Below are positions 1 through 9,321 of a stretch of DNA of 64,000 bases, piece after piece. The DNA is from Bacillota bacterium. GTDB lineage: Bacteria; Bacillota_I; Bacilli_A; ML615J-28; CAG-313. The position numbers and the translations under genes were made by a program. Position 1 is the first letter of the stretch. Every line of letters starts with the position of its first letter. The notes below the pieces were generated by a model that saw only the letters and a list, made by a program, of their open reading frames with translations, searched no databases and was not told the DNA's origin. The stretch covers positions 14,408 through 78,407 of the forward strand of contig CAVJDT010000002.1 of NCBI GenBank assembly GCA_963648435.1. Reading direction: 5' to 3'.

Positions 1-1108
1 TATTAAGCTTAATTTCACTAGCATCATTTGGTAAATAATATTTATAATTTCCTGCAGTAGTTTTTTCAAAAATACTACTACCATTATAATCAAGGCTAGC
101 AAAGTTACCATCTACGAGTTTTTGACATAAATTATAGACGAAGAAAAACCGTCTTGAAGTATATACACATAAAATATATGTAGTTTTATCAGTACGACTT
201 TGTTTCATGTAACCTTCATAATCAAAATAAGTAAATTTTTTGTGGTCATTGTCTATATCCATATTTACATCGATGACAACAGTTAAATCAACAAAACCTT
301 CAAGATTATCCTTTAAAATACAGTGGTAAATGCCTTGAGTAGCAAAAAAAGTTGTTGTATATTCATCAAAAGTTTTAACACTTGTATCAGTTACGTTATC
401 TACATTTTTAACGGTAATGTTAATTTCAAGTAGTTCATTCATTGTATTTACAAATTTAACTTTATCAATATTATTTATTCTTTGAAGAAAACTAAGGGCA
501 CCTGCGAATTTATCTACCTTGATATCACCATTTTGTTCAAAACGATCAGTTTTACTAAATTTAGTAAAAAGATCATTAACAAACGCTTTAGTTTCATCTT
601 CTTTTGGCAAATCAAGAGTTGAATCTAAATTTGTAACATAATATACTTCATCTTTACCAAAAATATAAAATATCTCTGTTTTAGTACTATCCTTTATACT
701 TTTATAATATTTTAGTAAAATATTTTCATTAATAGAAGTTTGAGAAAAAGTATCATCATAAGCAAATTTAACACTAGTGATTTTTTCATCAAAGGTTTCA
801 GCACAAATCTCTTTCGTTATTTTGGGGGCTTTTGCCTCATCTGCAGTAATATTTTTATCATCAGAAAATGATATTATTTGCATATTTTTTGCAAAATTAA
901 TACCATCATTATCTTTTAACGATTCCGCATATTCGGTACGTTCCATTTCTCTTGCGACAAAGTTTTCAGACATGATAAACTGTGAGCCAATTGCAAGAAA
1001 CATCCCAATCAAATAGATGAATAACGCTAAAATGCTATGCATATTGCGATATTTCACCATTCGTCGGGGAAGGATTATTGATAATAAAAAGTTTTTTGTT
1101 TTTTTCAT
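1..1108 (-). CDS. Membrane protein, N-terminal portion only; the CDS runs off the window start. Possible FtsX-family ABC permease (N-terminal TM plus large extracytoplasmic domain).
   Basis: ATG at 1106-1108 (minus) with AAGGAAAGGAA SD 5 nt upstream. By my manual translation the frame stays open to position 1 (>360 codons: MKKTKNFLLSIILPRRMVKYRNMHSILALFIYLIGMFLAIGSQF...). It is absent from the ORF track only because no stop lies in the window. Architecture resembles the N-termini of the FtsX permeases at 23264 and 26528. Confidence 0.45.
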   Translation of the reverse strand, partial: MKKTKNFLLSIILPRRMVKYRNMHSILALFIYLIGMFLAIGSQFIMSENFVAREMERTEYAESLKDNDGINFAKNMQIISFSDDKNITADEAKAPKITKEICAETFDEKITSVKFAYDDTFSQTSINENILLKYYKSIKDSTKTEIFYIFGKDEVYYVTNLDSTLDLPKEDETKAFVNDLFTKFSKTDRFEQNGDIKVDKFAGALSFLQRINNIDKVKFVNTMNELLEINITVKNVDNVTDTSVKTFDEYTTTFFATQGIYHCILKDNLEGFVDLTVVIDVNMDIDNDHKKFTYFDYEGYMKQSRTDKTTYILCVYTSRRFFFVYNLCQKLVDGNFASLDYNGSSIFEKTTAGNYKYYLPNDASEIKLN

Positions 1109-1137
1109 GTTTGTTCCTTTCCTTGGTTATACCCATC

Positions 1138-2865
1138 TTACTTTTTAGGTTTTACATAATAACAATTAAAATGTACATAATCAGTATCATGATTAGGATT
1201 AAAATTTTCAAATATTAAATATTTATATTGTTTGATGGCATAATCAAAAATAACTTGAGGAAGTCCAACCTCTTGGTTTCTAATTTGTTCATACTCATTA
1301 TTTTGAATGTATAAGCCATCAAATAATGGTAAAGCATTCATGTAATAATAGTTTAAGTATACACTACTATCACATGACATCATTAAATTTAATTTCTTAT
1401 ATTTGGAAATTAACTTTAAAAATTCATTTGGGTCTAAACCATCTCTAACAATTACATTTATCCATAAATTATTATTTAAAAGAATCTTTTTGACATCTTC
1501 ATAGATCTTTCTTTTCCTTAATAATGATGTGGGAATCGTAATCATTATTTTTTCTTCTTGCATTTTGGCCATGTTAACTAATGATTTTTCTATGACTTTT
1601 TCATAAGAAATAAAATGACTATCTCGATATTCAAGTCTAAGCGGTAACATGGACATTTTTACAAGCACATGATTATCAAGTGAACTAACAATTTCGTAAC
1701 TTAATTTATTTTCTTTAAATTTATCATCATATGAAAGTTTTTCCATATTCTTTTGTTTTAACCAAGCAATATAATTTGCCTCAACATATGCTTCTGGTTG
1801 CACATCATATAAGTATTTGCTTAGTTCAATTAAATTCATTTTATTTGTAACTTCCTTATTTGTGGTAAGAACTATAACGTAATTATCTTTTAAATATGTT
1901 TTTATTTGTTCTTCTTGTTTTGAGGTAATTACTTGATCAAGTAGCATAATAAAGGTTTCATCATTAAACTCATATACTTTATAATTCGTTATATCTAGTT
2001 TAATCATTAACAATTGTAAATCTTTAATTATTACATCAGGACTAGTAAATAAATTTTTTCGAACAAATATATAAGAAAAAGAATTTTCAAAATGATGATT
2101 ATTAAGATTTTGTAGGGCTAATAATTCTATTTTGTTCTCATTTGTTGGTTTAAACTTATCACATTCCATATAATAAATGGCAATATCATCATAAACTAGT
2201 TTATTAAAACCAATTTCATTAATCATTTTTTGAATCATTTTTTCAAGTTTTAAGTCAGATTGATAAATTATGCTATTTTTAACTCTTAATTGCTTTTTCG
2301 CAAATTCATTTAAATAGGTTTGTTTACCGGTTCTAGCAATTAAGATAAAATCAGTTTTTTTAGTAAGTTTATTATAAATGCTAGCTTCAAATTCTTTGAT
2401 TTCATCATCATCTAAATTCTTAAGTAACTTTAATAATTCATTATTTGTGAACTTAAGATAACCATTATCACTTTTAAAATACGTAATAACAGCACCAATC
2501 ACATTTTCATTTTCAATAATAGGAGTAACTAATAAAGAATTAAAATCTTGATTACTTAAGTCCTTTAGATAAAATGGATCTTTAAGTTCAAAATTAAGTT
2601 CACTCTTTCTAAACTTTATTTCCTCTTTAAGTTCAAAAGCCATCATTAATAAATTATCTGTTAAATCATTAAATGATATTTTTTTTTCATAAATCCGTGG
2701 TTCTTTAATGTGATAAATCGATATTTCTTCTTCACTTTTAGCAAGTTTAATTAAATTATCACCATAATTATGACCAAGTGAACAAATGGTCATTTGATAA
2801 TATTCAGCTTTTGCAAGGTCTAGATGCTTGGTTGTGAGAAATTCTAAAATTATATTACGATACAT
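1138..2865 (-). CDS. Signalling protein with an N-terminal GAF-like domain, a degenerate GGDEF-like region and an EAL-like C-terminus (probably non-catalytic).
   Basis: 575-aa ORF. The GAF C-terminal signature is LLVTPIIENENVIGAVITYFKSD. A DxDxFK-like stretch (IYYMECDKFK) is present, but the GGDEF and EAL motifs are not intact. The start codon is translationally coupled to the dtd stop (TAA-A-ATG). Confidence 0.45.
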   Translation of the reverse strand: MYRNIILEFLTTKHLDLAKAEYYQMTICSLGHNYGDNLIKLAKSEEEISIYHIKEPRIYEKKISFNDLTDNLLMMAFELKEEIKFRKSELNFELKDPFYLKDLSNQDFNSLLVTPIIENENVIGAVITYFKSDNGYLKFTNNELLKLLKNLDDDEIKEFEASIYNKLTKKTDFILIARTGKQTYLNEFAKKQLRVKNSIIYQSDLKLEKMIQKMINEIGFNKLVYDDIAIYYMECDKFKPTNENKIELLALQNLNNHHFENSFSYIFVRKNLFTSPDVIIKDLQLLMIKLDITNYKVYEFNDETFIMLLDQVITSKQEEQIKTYLKDNYVIVLTTNKEVTNKMNLIELSKYLYDVQPEAYVEANYIAWLKQKNMEKLSYDDKFKENKLSYEIVSSLDNHVLVKMSMLPLRLEYRDSHFISYEKVIEKSLVNMAKMQEEKIMITIPTSLLRKRKIYEDVKKILLNNNLWINVIVRDGLDPNEFLKLISKYKKLNLMMSCDSSVYLNYYYMNALPLFDGLYIQNNEYEQIRNQEVGLPQVIFDYAIKQYKYLIFENFNPNHDTDYVHFNCYYVKPKK

Positions 2866-2866
2866 T

Positions 2867-3307
2867 TTACATCTCCAAATTTATCGTTACAGGCCCATCA
2901 CAAAGTATTTCTAAATACATATGTTCACCAAAACAACCAGTTTCTATAATTAAGCCATAATCTTCTCTTAATATTTTATTAAACTCATCATAAAGTTTAA
3001 TTGCTTCTTCTTTTTTCATACTTTCCGTAAATGACGGTCGATTACTTTTTTTGGTATCTGCGTATAAGGTAAACTGCGAAATAGATAATATTTTACCATT
3101 TATTTGATGAATATTTAAATTCATTTTTCCATTTTGATCATCAAACACTCTAAGGTTGTTAATCTTTTGAGCCATTTTGACTAAAACATCACTAGTATCG
3201 GTATTTTTAAATCCTACCAATAACATAAAGCCTTCATCAATGTTTCCAACTACTGTGTTTTCAACTAAGCAACTGGCTTTTTTTACGCGTTGGACCACTA
3301 CTCTCAT
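2867..3307 (-). CDS. dtd: D-aminoacyl-tRNA deacylase
   Basis: 146 aa. Starts MRVVVQRV and carries the SQFTLYAD motif. Overlaps the relA stop by 4 nt (ATGA). Confidence 0.9.
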   Translation of the reverse strand: MRVVVQRVKKASCLVENTVVGNIDEGFMLLVGFKNTDTSDVLVKMAQKINNLRVFDDQNGKMNLNIHQINGKILSISQFTLYADTKKSNRPSFTESMKKEEAIKLYDEFNKILREDYGLIIETGCFGEHMYLEILCDGPVTINLEM

Positions 3308-5493
3308 TTAAAAACCCTCTCTATATTATATATTTCACTAATTTTATTTAAGTTTACAATCGCGTGATTTAAATCATCTAAATTAGAAACTTGAAGTTTA
3401 AATTTGGTAATGCATTCTCCAAGTTTAGTTTTAGTTGATGTAACCGATGCAATCGCAACATTTGTAGCATTTAACGCATTAATCATGTCCGCAACACCAT
3501 TTCTTTTATCTAGTGATGATATTTTTAAAGTAACATCAAAAATTCGACCCGTAAAATTCTTATCCCAATAAATATCAATGAAACGTTCTTTATCCGATTT
3601 TTGAATATTTGGACATCCTTCACGGTGAACAATGATACCATTACCTTTTGAAATATAACCATATATCTTATCACCATAGACGGGTTGGCAACAATTACCA
3701 AGTTTTATTTGAGCTCTTTCTAGTCCTTCAACCACAATACCATAACCATTATGAGCACGTTTAGTACGGTTATCGGAACTTTTCTCACTGTATTGTTCCA
3801 TTAATGTTGCTTCATCAACTTTTACATCCGTGATACCACAAATTCTATTAACGGCTCCAAGAGGAGAAATTACCCCTTTACCAATTTCCCAGTATAAATC
3901 TTCTGTTGTCATACAACTACGAAGGGAAAAGAAAGTTTGAACCGTTTTATCATCCAAATCATTAGGATTATATTCAAGAGATTTTGCGGCCTTCTCAAAC
4001 TCTAGTTTACCTTTTTCCACAAGTTCATCCCGTTGACGTTTATTAATAATTCCTTTTATTTTTTGACGAGCATGATTAGTCTTAACATTTTTAAGCCAAG
4101 CGTTAGTAGGACCCAAACATGACTTATTTGTCTTAATCTCAACAACATCACCAGTTTTTAGTTTATAGGATAGAGGAACAATTTTACCATTAACAATCGC
4201 ACCTACTGTTTTATTGCCAATATCTGTGTGAATCCGATAAGCAAAATCAAGAGGCATAGAACCAGCTGGAAAATCAAGAACATCACCACGAGGGGTAAAA
4301 ACATAAACATTAGCACTAAAAATATCTTCAATAATACTATCTAATGGATCTTCTGTTTCGGAATTTTCTACATAAGTTGTTAAATCTTTATACCATTTAA
4401 GTTTACTAGTTATTTCTAATTGTTCTTTTTCAGGATTATATCCAGAATTTTCTTTATAAGCCCAGTGTGCCGCAATTCCGATTTCGGCTATTGTATCCAT
4501 TTCAAAAGTTCTAATTTGAATTTCAAAAATTTTACCTTTAATTCCTACAACAGTCGTATGTAAGGACTGATATAGGTTAGGTTTGGGAACGGCGATATAA
4601 TCTTTAAAACGCATAGGAATAGGGGTCCAAGTACTATGAATAATACCTAATACGTGATAACATTCTTCAATTGATGGAACAATAATTCTTAAAGCTAATA
4701 AATCAAAAATATCATCTAAGGTTTTATTTTTCGTAATTGTCTTTTTATAAATACTATAAATGTTTTTAATACGGCCCTTTAATTCATAATTTGCAATATG
4801 GTAAGTTGTAAGTAATTGATTAATTTTTTCAGACATTTCATTAATGTCTTCTTCACGTTCCGCTTTTTTCTCGCCAACTGCTTTAGTGATCGTTTCATAT
4901 TCATCAGGATATAAAACTTTAAAACTTGTATCTTCAAGTTCGGCTTTAATCCGGTACATACCAAGACGATGAGCAAGAGGAGCGTAAAGGTCTAAGGTTT
5001 CTTTGGCTATGCGCTTTTGCTTGTCAGGGTCTTGAAACTCAATAGTACGCATATTATGAAGTCGGTCAACTAGTTTTACAAGAATTACTCTAATATCTTT
5101 AGCCATCGCCAAAAGTAATTTTTCATGATTATGTGCTAAAGCTTTTTCTTTGGTCATGTATTTTAATTTACTGATTTTAGTGACACCATCAACAATGTTA
5201 GCAACATCTGTTCCAAACATCGCGGTCATTTCATCTTTAGTCATATCAGTGTCTTCTAAAACATCATGAAGTAATCCTGCACAAATCGTACTAGGCGAAG
5301 TGTGAAGGGTCGCAAGAATATACGCCACTTCGAGAGGATGTTGAACATATGGATCGCCAGATTTTCTAAATTGACCTTCATGCTTGGATGAGGCTACATC
5401 ATAGGCTTTTTTTATGATATTGATATGTTTTTCTTCATGTAAATATTCACCAGCCGCGTTTAAAAGATCATCGATTGTCTTTGGCTTATCCAT
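3304..5493 (-). CDS. relA: Bifunctional (p)ppGpp synthetase/hydrolase, RelA/SpoT family
   Basis: HD hydrolase motifs, RelA_SpoT synthetase region and TGS/ACT C-terminus are all recognisable. The true start is the ATG at 5493 (MDKPKT), 8 nt after an AGGAGG SD. The ORF-track start is an upstream GTG that lies inside the SD. Confidence 0.93.
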   Translation of the reverse strand: MDKPKTIDDLLNAAGEYLHEEKHINIIKKAYDVASSKHEGQFRKSGDPYVQHPLEVAYILATLHTSPSTICAGLLHDVLEDTDMTKDEMTAMFGTDVANIVDGVTKISKLKYMTKEKALAHNHEKLLLAMAKDIRVILVKLVDRLHNMRTIEFQDPDKQKRIAKETLDLYAPLAHRLGMYRIKAELEDTSFKVLYPDEYETITKAVGEKKAEREEDINEMSEKINQLLTTYHIANYELKGRIKNIYSIYKKTITKNKTLDDIFDLLALRIIVPSIEECYHVLGIIHSTWTPIPMRFKDYIAVPKPNLYQSLHTTVVGIKGKIFEIQIRTFEMDTIAEIGIAAHWAYKENSGYNPEKEQLEITSKLKWYKDLTTYVENSETEDPLDSIIEDIFSANVYVFTPRGDVLDFPAGSMPLDFAYRIHTDIGNKTVGAIVNGKIVPLSYKLKTGDVVEIKTNKSCLGPTNAWLKNVKTNHARQKIKGIINKRQRDELVEKGKLEFEKAAKSLEYNPNDLDDKTVQTFFSLRSCMTTEDLYWEIGKGVISPLGAVNRICGITDVKVDEATLMEQYSEKSSDNRTKRAHNGYGIVVEGLERAQIKLGNCCQPVYGDKIYGYISKGNGIIVHREGCPNIQKSDKERFIDIYWDKNFTGRIFDVTLKISSLDKRNGVADMINALNATNVAIASVTSTKTKLGECITKFKLQVSNLDDLNHAIVNLNKISEIYNIERVFK

Positions 5494-5509
5494 TTGTTTC
5501 ACCTCCTTT

Positions 5510-6022
5510 TTATAATTTTATTAATGAATGAACAGGTACTCCTTCAAATAATTTTCGACCGTTTAATTCTTCAAGTTCAATTAAAAAAACTATTCCTACT
5601 ACTTCCCCACCTAGTTTTTCAACTAAATGTTTCGCAGCGAGAACTGTTCCACCTGTTGCTAGTAAGTCATCAACAATAACAACTTTATCACCTGGTCTAA
5701 TGGCATCCGCATGCATGCATAAAGTATTAGTTGAATACTCAAGTTCATAAGCTTCCGTTACTACCTCTCTTGGTAGTTTTCCAGGTTTACGGATTGGAAC
5801 AAATCCAATATTTAATTCATAAGCAATAGGGCATCCAAAAAGAAATCCCCGAGACTCAGGTCCTACCACAATATTTGCATTAAACCCCTTGATAATTTCT
5901 GCCATTTCATGACATGCATGGTGATATGCTTCTCCATTTTCTAATAATGGAGTACAATCTTTAAAAGATATACCTTCTTTAGGGAATCCTTCTATTGTTG
6001 CAATAAACTTTTTATAATCCAT
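5510..6022 (-). CDS. apt: Adenine phosphoribosyltransferase
   Basis: 170 aa with the PRPP-binding motif VVIVDDLLATGGT. The apt-relA-dtd order is the conserved Firmicutes arrangement. Confidence 0.93.
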   Translation of the reverse strand: MDYKKFIATIEGFPKEGISFKDCTPLLENGEAYHHACHEMAEIIKGFNANIVVGPESRGFLFGCPIAYELNIGFVPIRKPGKLPREVVTEAYELEYSTNTLCMHADAIRPGDKVVIVDDLLATGGTVLAAKHLVEKLGGEVVGIVFLIELEELNGRKLFEGVPVHSLIKL

Positions 6023-6141
6023 GTTAACCTCCTATTTTTAATACATTATAGTTTATTATACCACTATTTAGTTCTTTAATAAAGAGTTTTGGTCATTTTT
6101 TTTGTTACTCAACCATAAAATGTATTGTTTATGGAGATATT

Positions 6142-7647
6142 ATGACTAAAAAATTACATTTTGACAAAACTTCTTTTTTCTTTAATACCCTGATTATTTT
6201 AATTACGGGTTTTATTATTAAAGCTCTTGGCTTAATTAATCGCATATTTATTACAAGAATTTTAGGTTCTTCAGGAATGACCCTATATATTATGTCTTTT
6301 CCCACCATTATGTTATTTATTAATATTTCATGTATGGGATTAAATATTACTATCAGTAAACTAGTTTCAGAAAGTATTAAGACAAAACAATATTCGCCAA
6401 AGATATTATTAAAAAAAGGTATTCAAATTTCATTAGTAACTTCTATCATAACAGCTGCTTTTTTCCTTGCTTTTTTATATCCCTTAACTCATTTTTTACT
6501 TAAAAATGATAATCTATTTTTTCCTCTTTTATCTACGATTTTTTTAATTTTCTTGGTGGGAATTAGTGATAGTTTGAAAGGATATTTCAATGGATTAAAA
6601 CTAATGAAATACAGTTCTACCTCAAATCTAGTTGAACAAATCACAAGAATAATTTTTAGTATTATTATTCTTTATCTTACCATTCCTTATGGTATTAAAA
6701 TAGCAACCTTTTTTTGTTTACTAGCCTTATCAATTGGTGAATTATGTTCAATTATTTATTCCCTCATTAAAATCAAAAAACTTAAAGTAATCAATTACCC
6801 TAATACCTCTGGGGAATTAAAAGCAATCTTAAAGCTTTCCATTCCGACAACCCTTTCCCATTTAGTTGGCAACTTTACATATTTTTTAGAACCAATTGTT
6901 TATGTTTGGATTCTTACAATTTTAAACTTTCAACAATCACAAATTGAGGAAGCATATACGACAATAAATGCTTTTACTATTTCTTTATTAACCCTTGGAT
7001 CATTTGTTTCAATGGCCCTAGCAACCACGGTTGTACCATCAATTTCCGAAAGTAATGCCACAAAGGATTTAACTAAAGTTAATTATTTTATTAAAAAAAC
7101 CATTATTTTTTCTTTAATACCAGGGCTTTTTATAACGATTATTCTTTTCTTTTATCCAAATGAAGTCATGAATTTAGTCTACAATACTACTAAAGGAGCA
7201 AGTGATGTCAAAAAATATGTCTTTTTCTTTCTTCCTTATTACCTTGGTGTCCCACTTTCTGCAATTTACCAAGCCTTAGGAGAAGCAAAATCATTATTTC
7301 AAATTTCTAGTTTTTTTAATATTCTTAGAATTTTATTAATTATTCTTCTATCCATGATTCCAAGTATCAACCTAAATTCTTTATTAGTTGCCACATCAAT
7401 AACTTTAATCTTAAATTTTATAGTCATTTTTCTAAAAATTAAAAAACTAACATCGTTAAATGTCAGTTTTCACCAAAGTTTTAATTTGTTAATAACATTT
7501 GGATTTTGCTTTATACTAGTACTTTTCTTTGATACGATTAATCTTAATTTTTATTTAAGCATCATTATTACTTTAACTGTTTACCTTTTTATTTGTTATA
7601 AACTTAAATTAATCAATATTAGAAGTATCATCACGAAGACTTGCTAA
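6142..7647 (+). CDS. Polysaccharide biosynthesis / lipid-II flippase family membrane protein (Wzx/MurJ/SpoVB-like, MOP superfamily)
   Basis: 501 aa with about 14 predicted TM helices. GGAG SD sits 5 nt before the ATG. Confidence 0.7.
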   Translation: MTKKLHFDKTSFFFNTLIILITGFIIKALGLINRIFITRILGSSGMTLYIMSFPTIMLFINISCMGLNITISKLVSESIKTKQYSPKILLKKGIQISLVTSIITAAFFLAFLYPLTHFLLKNDNLFFPLLSTIFLIFLVGISDSLKGYFNGLKLMKYSSTSNLVEQITRIIFSIIILYLTIPYGIKIATFFCLLALSIGELCSIIYSLIKIKKLKVINYPNTSGELKAILKLSIPTTLSHLVGNFTYFLEPIVYVWILTILNFQQSQIEEAYTTINAFTISLLTLGSFVSMALATTVVPSISESNATKDLTKVNYFIKKTIIFSLIPGLFITIILFFYPNEVMNLVYNTTKGASDVKKYVFFFLPYYLGVPLSAIYQALGEAKSLFQISSFFNILRILLIILLSMIPSINLNSLLVATSITLILNFIVIFLKIKKLTSLNVSFHQSFNLLITFGFCFILVLFFDTINLNFYLSIIITLTVYLFICYKLKLINIRSIITKTC

Positions 7648-8130
7648 AAACTGCTTGCTTTGGGCTTCTTTAATCTTTAAATATGCTTTTATGTTTGCTT
7701 CTTTACTTTCAAGTTTTAGAGTTTTTAAAACTTCATCTAAATCGTTATATTCACAGTTAAGATTCTTTAAATCATTATTCAAGCATATTAGTCCTTGCAA
7801 ATCATTATGATGATAATAAGTAATGGCTAGTCCATAAGCATCAAGAACATCATTGGGTATTTCCTCATAAATAGTAGGTGATACCTTTTTTATTATTTCT
7901 TTAAGTTCTTTATCCATTTTTTTATTTACTTTAATCGTTAAATAATGATTATTTTTTTCCATCTTTTGAGCAATTTTGTCTCTTGTTTTTTGATTTTGAA
8001 ATTTATCTTTAAATTCACTTAGTTTTTCATTTTCCCATTTAGCTATGGTTTTATCTACTTTTATAGATAATTTTATTTCTTTAATAATTAACTTTGCAAT
8101 TGCATTTTTCTTTTTTTCGACTTTATTCAT
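7609..8130 (-). CDS. Hypothetical charged/coiled-coil protein
   Basis: ORF 7609..8172. The likely start is the second ATG of an ATGATG pair at 8130 (MNKVEKKK), 7 nt after a GGGGG SD. Its 3' end overlaps the convergent flippase gene by about 39 bp. Confidence 0.5.
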   Translation of the reverse strand: MNKVEKKKNAIAKLIIKEIKLSIKVDKTIAKWENEKLSEFKDKFQNQKTRDKIAQKMEKNNHYLTIKVNKKMDKELKEIIKKVSPTIYEEIPNDVLDAYGLAITYYHHNDLQGLICLNNDLKNLNCEYNDLDEVLKTLKLESKEANIKAYLKIKEAQSKQFLASLRDDTSNID

Positions 8131-8226
8131 CATATTTCCCCCTTTTTCGCTACTTATAAGTAGCAACAACAATTAAAAAAATAAAACATAGGTTTTTTCC
8201 TTGTTACCTATATTTTACCATAATAT

Positions 8227-8883
8227 TTATTTATTGCAAGTTTTATTGTCTGATGCTTCCACAAACGTCAGTACCCCTCCGACAATTTCTAACCCATATA
8301 CCTCTTTTACGGAGTTATATCCCTTAGTTTTGACAAAATTTTCAATAAAATTTGTCGAATATCCAGCTTTTATAATGTTTTCTTGGTTCATCTTTCCACT
8401 AAGGATTAAAGGTAAAGGAAATGAAGGATGATCTGATTTTGGAAATACCACTAGTTCCCCACTATTTTCTAAGATTGCATATTCAATTTCGCTAGGGCTT
8501 GCATATCCATTTTTTCGAATTTGGACATATAAATCATCCATATTGTATCCATTTTTCTTCATTGTTTTGATATTAATTATCCCTTTTTCAATTATTAAGC
8601 ATTCTTTTCCATCGATAAAATTACGAAACTTAACTGATTTTAGGGAAATTAAAGCCATTATTTTTTGGACTAAAGCTATTCCTACCATCGGTAGTAGACA
8701 GTACCAATAATTAATTTTAAAGTTTTCAATGCCAACTACCATTATATCTACGATTGTAAGTAAAATGAGTAAATCAAAAAGACTTAATTGTCCTATTTCT
8801 CTTTTTCCCATAAACTTCATTAAGGCTATTAAAATGGCATAGCCGATGATTGTACGCAATAAAATAATCAAAATATCGTTCAT
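8227..8883 (-). CDS. DUF421/YetF-family membrane protein
   Basis: 218 aa. The N-terminus LLRTIIGYAILIALMKFMGKREIGQLSLFDLL is typical of YetF/YdfS-family proteins. Confidence 0.7.
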   Translation of the reverse strand: MNDILIILLRTIIGYAILIALMKFMGKREIGQLSLFDLLILLTIVDIMVVGIENFKINYWYCLLPMVGIALVQKIMALISLKSVKFRNFIDGKECLIIEKGIINIKTMKKNGYNMDDLYVQIRKNGYASPSEIEYAILENSGELVVFPKSDHPSFPLPLILSGKMNQENIIKAGYSTNFIENFVKTKGYNSVKEVYGLEIVGGVLTFVEASDNKTCNK

Positions 8884-8922
8884 ATTTATTTTACCTCAAC
8901 ATATAATTTAGTGGTGATTAAA

Positions 8923-9303
8923 ATGAAATTTTTTAAAAACAAAGCCCTAAGTTATTTTATCTTTATTATTATTTTAGCCATAACAATCATTATTTATACT
9001 AGTCTTTTATATTTTGGCGTAATATCTAGTAATGATAATACCATTAAAACCGTTAGCTTTATTATGGGTCTTATCCTTTTTTTAATTTTAGGTTTAATTT
9101 CAGGATTTAAGGAAAAGAAAAATGGATGGCTAGTGGGATTCAGTTCTTCATTATTTTTAATTCTTATTGTAATTTTTATTAATATAATAACTAAAAATTT
9201 AACAGTTATGTCTTTAATAAAATATCTTGCTTATGTTATTGCTTCAATGCTTGGGGGAATAATTAGTGTTAATATTTTAACAAAAAAGGGTGAACAACGC
9301 TAA
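8923..9303 (+). CDS. Small integral membrane protein (4 TM)
   Basis: ORF 8911..9303. GGTGA SD precedes the ATG at 8923 (MKFFKNK). The protein is hydrophobic. Confidence 0.5.
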   Translation: MKFFKNKALSYFIFIIILAITIIIYTSLLYFGVISSNDNTIKTVSFIMGLILFLILGLISGFKEKKNGWLVGFSSSLFLILIVIFINIITKNLTVMSLIKYLAYVIASMLGGIISVNILTKKGEQR

Positions 9304-9321
9304 TTCATCCTTTTTTAACAA

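Noticed and set aside
777-1016. 79-aa plus-strand ORF from the track
   Set aside because: It lies entirely antisense within the long minus-strand partial CDS (1-1108), has no SD, and its composition is typical of an antisense frame.
4779-4976. Short ORFs nested inside or antisense to large well-supported genes. Coordinates: 4779-4976, 5494-5679, 10953-11150, 11006-11197, 11671-11988, 12931-13224, 13898-14152, 15856-16080, 19145-19390, 19513-19707, 20700-20885, 21408-21635, 23617-23829, 26237-26473, 27562-27804, 27841-28050, 31031-31222, 32898-33086, 34004-34249, 34630-34929, 42370-42561, 45230-45523, 51174-51371, 52466-52720, 54582-54776, 54951-55151, 57602-57889, 58322-58528, 60055-60447, 61258-61509.
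   Set aside because: Each is fully contained in, or antisense to, a longer ORF with clear homology, motifs and an SD. None has a convincing SD of its own. The hydrophobic and low-complexity translations are typical of spurious frames in AT-rich DNA.
8201-8431. 76-aa plus-strand ORF overlapping the 3' end of the DUF421 gene, and 12412-12645, which overlaps the SBP gene end
   Set aside because: They overlap the 3' ends of well-supported minus-strand genes, and no SD is present. They are more likely antisense artefacts.
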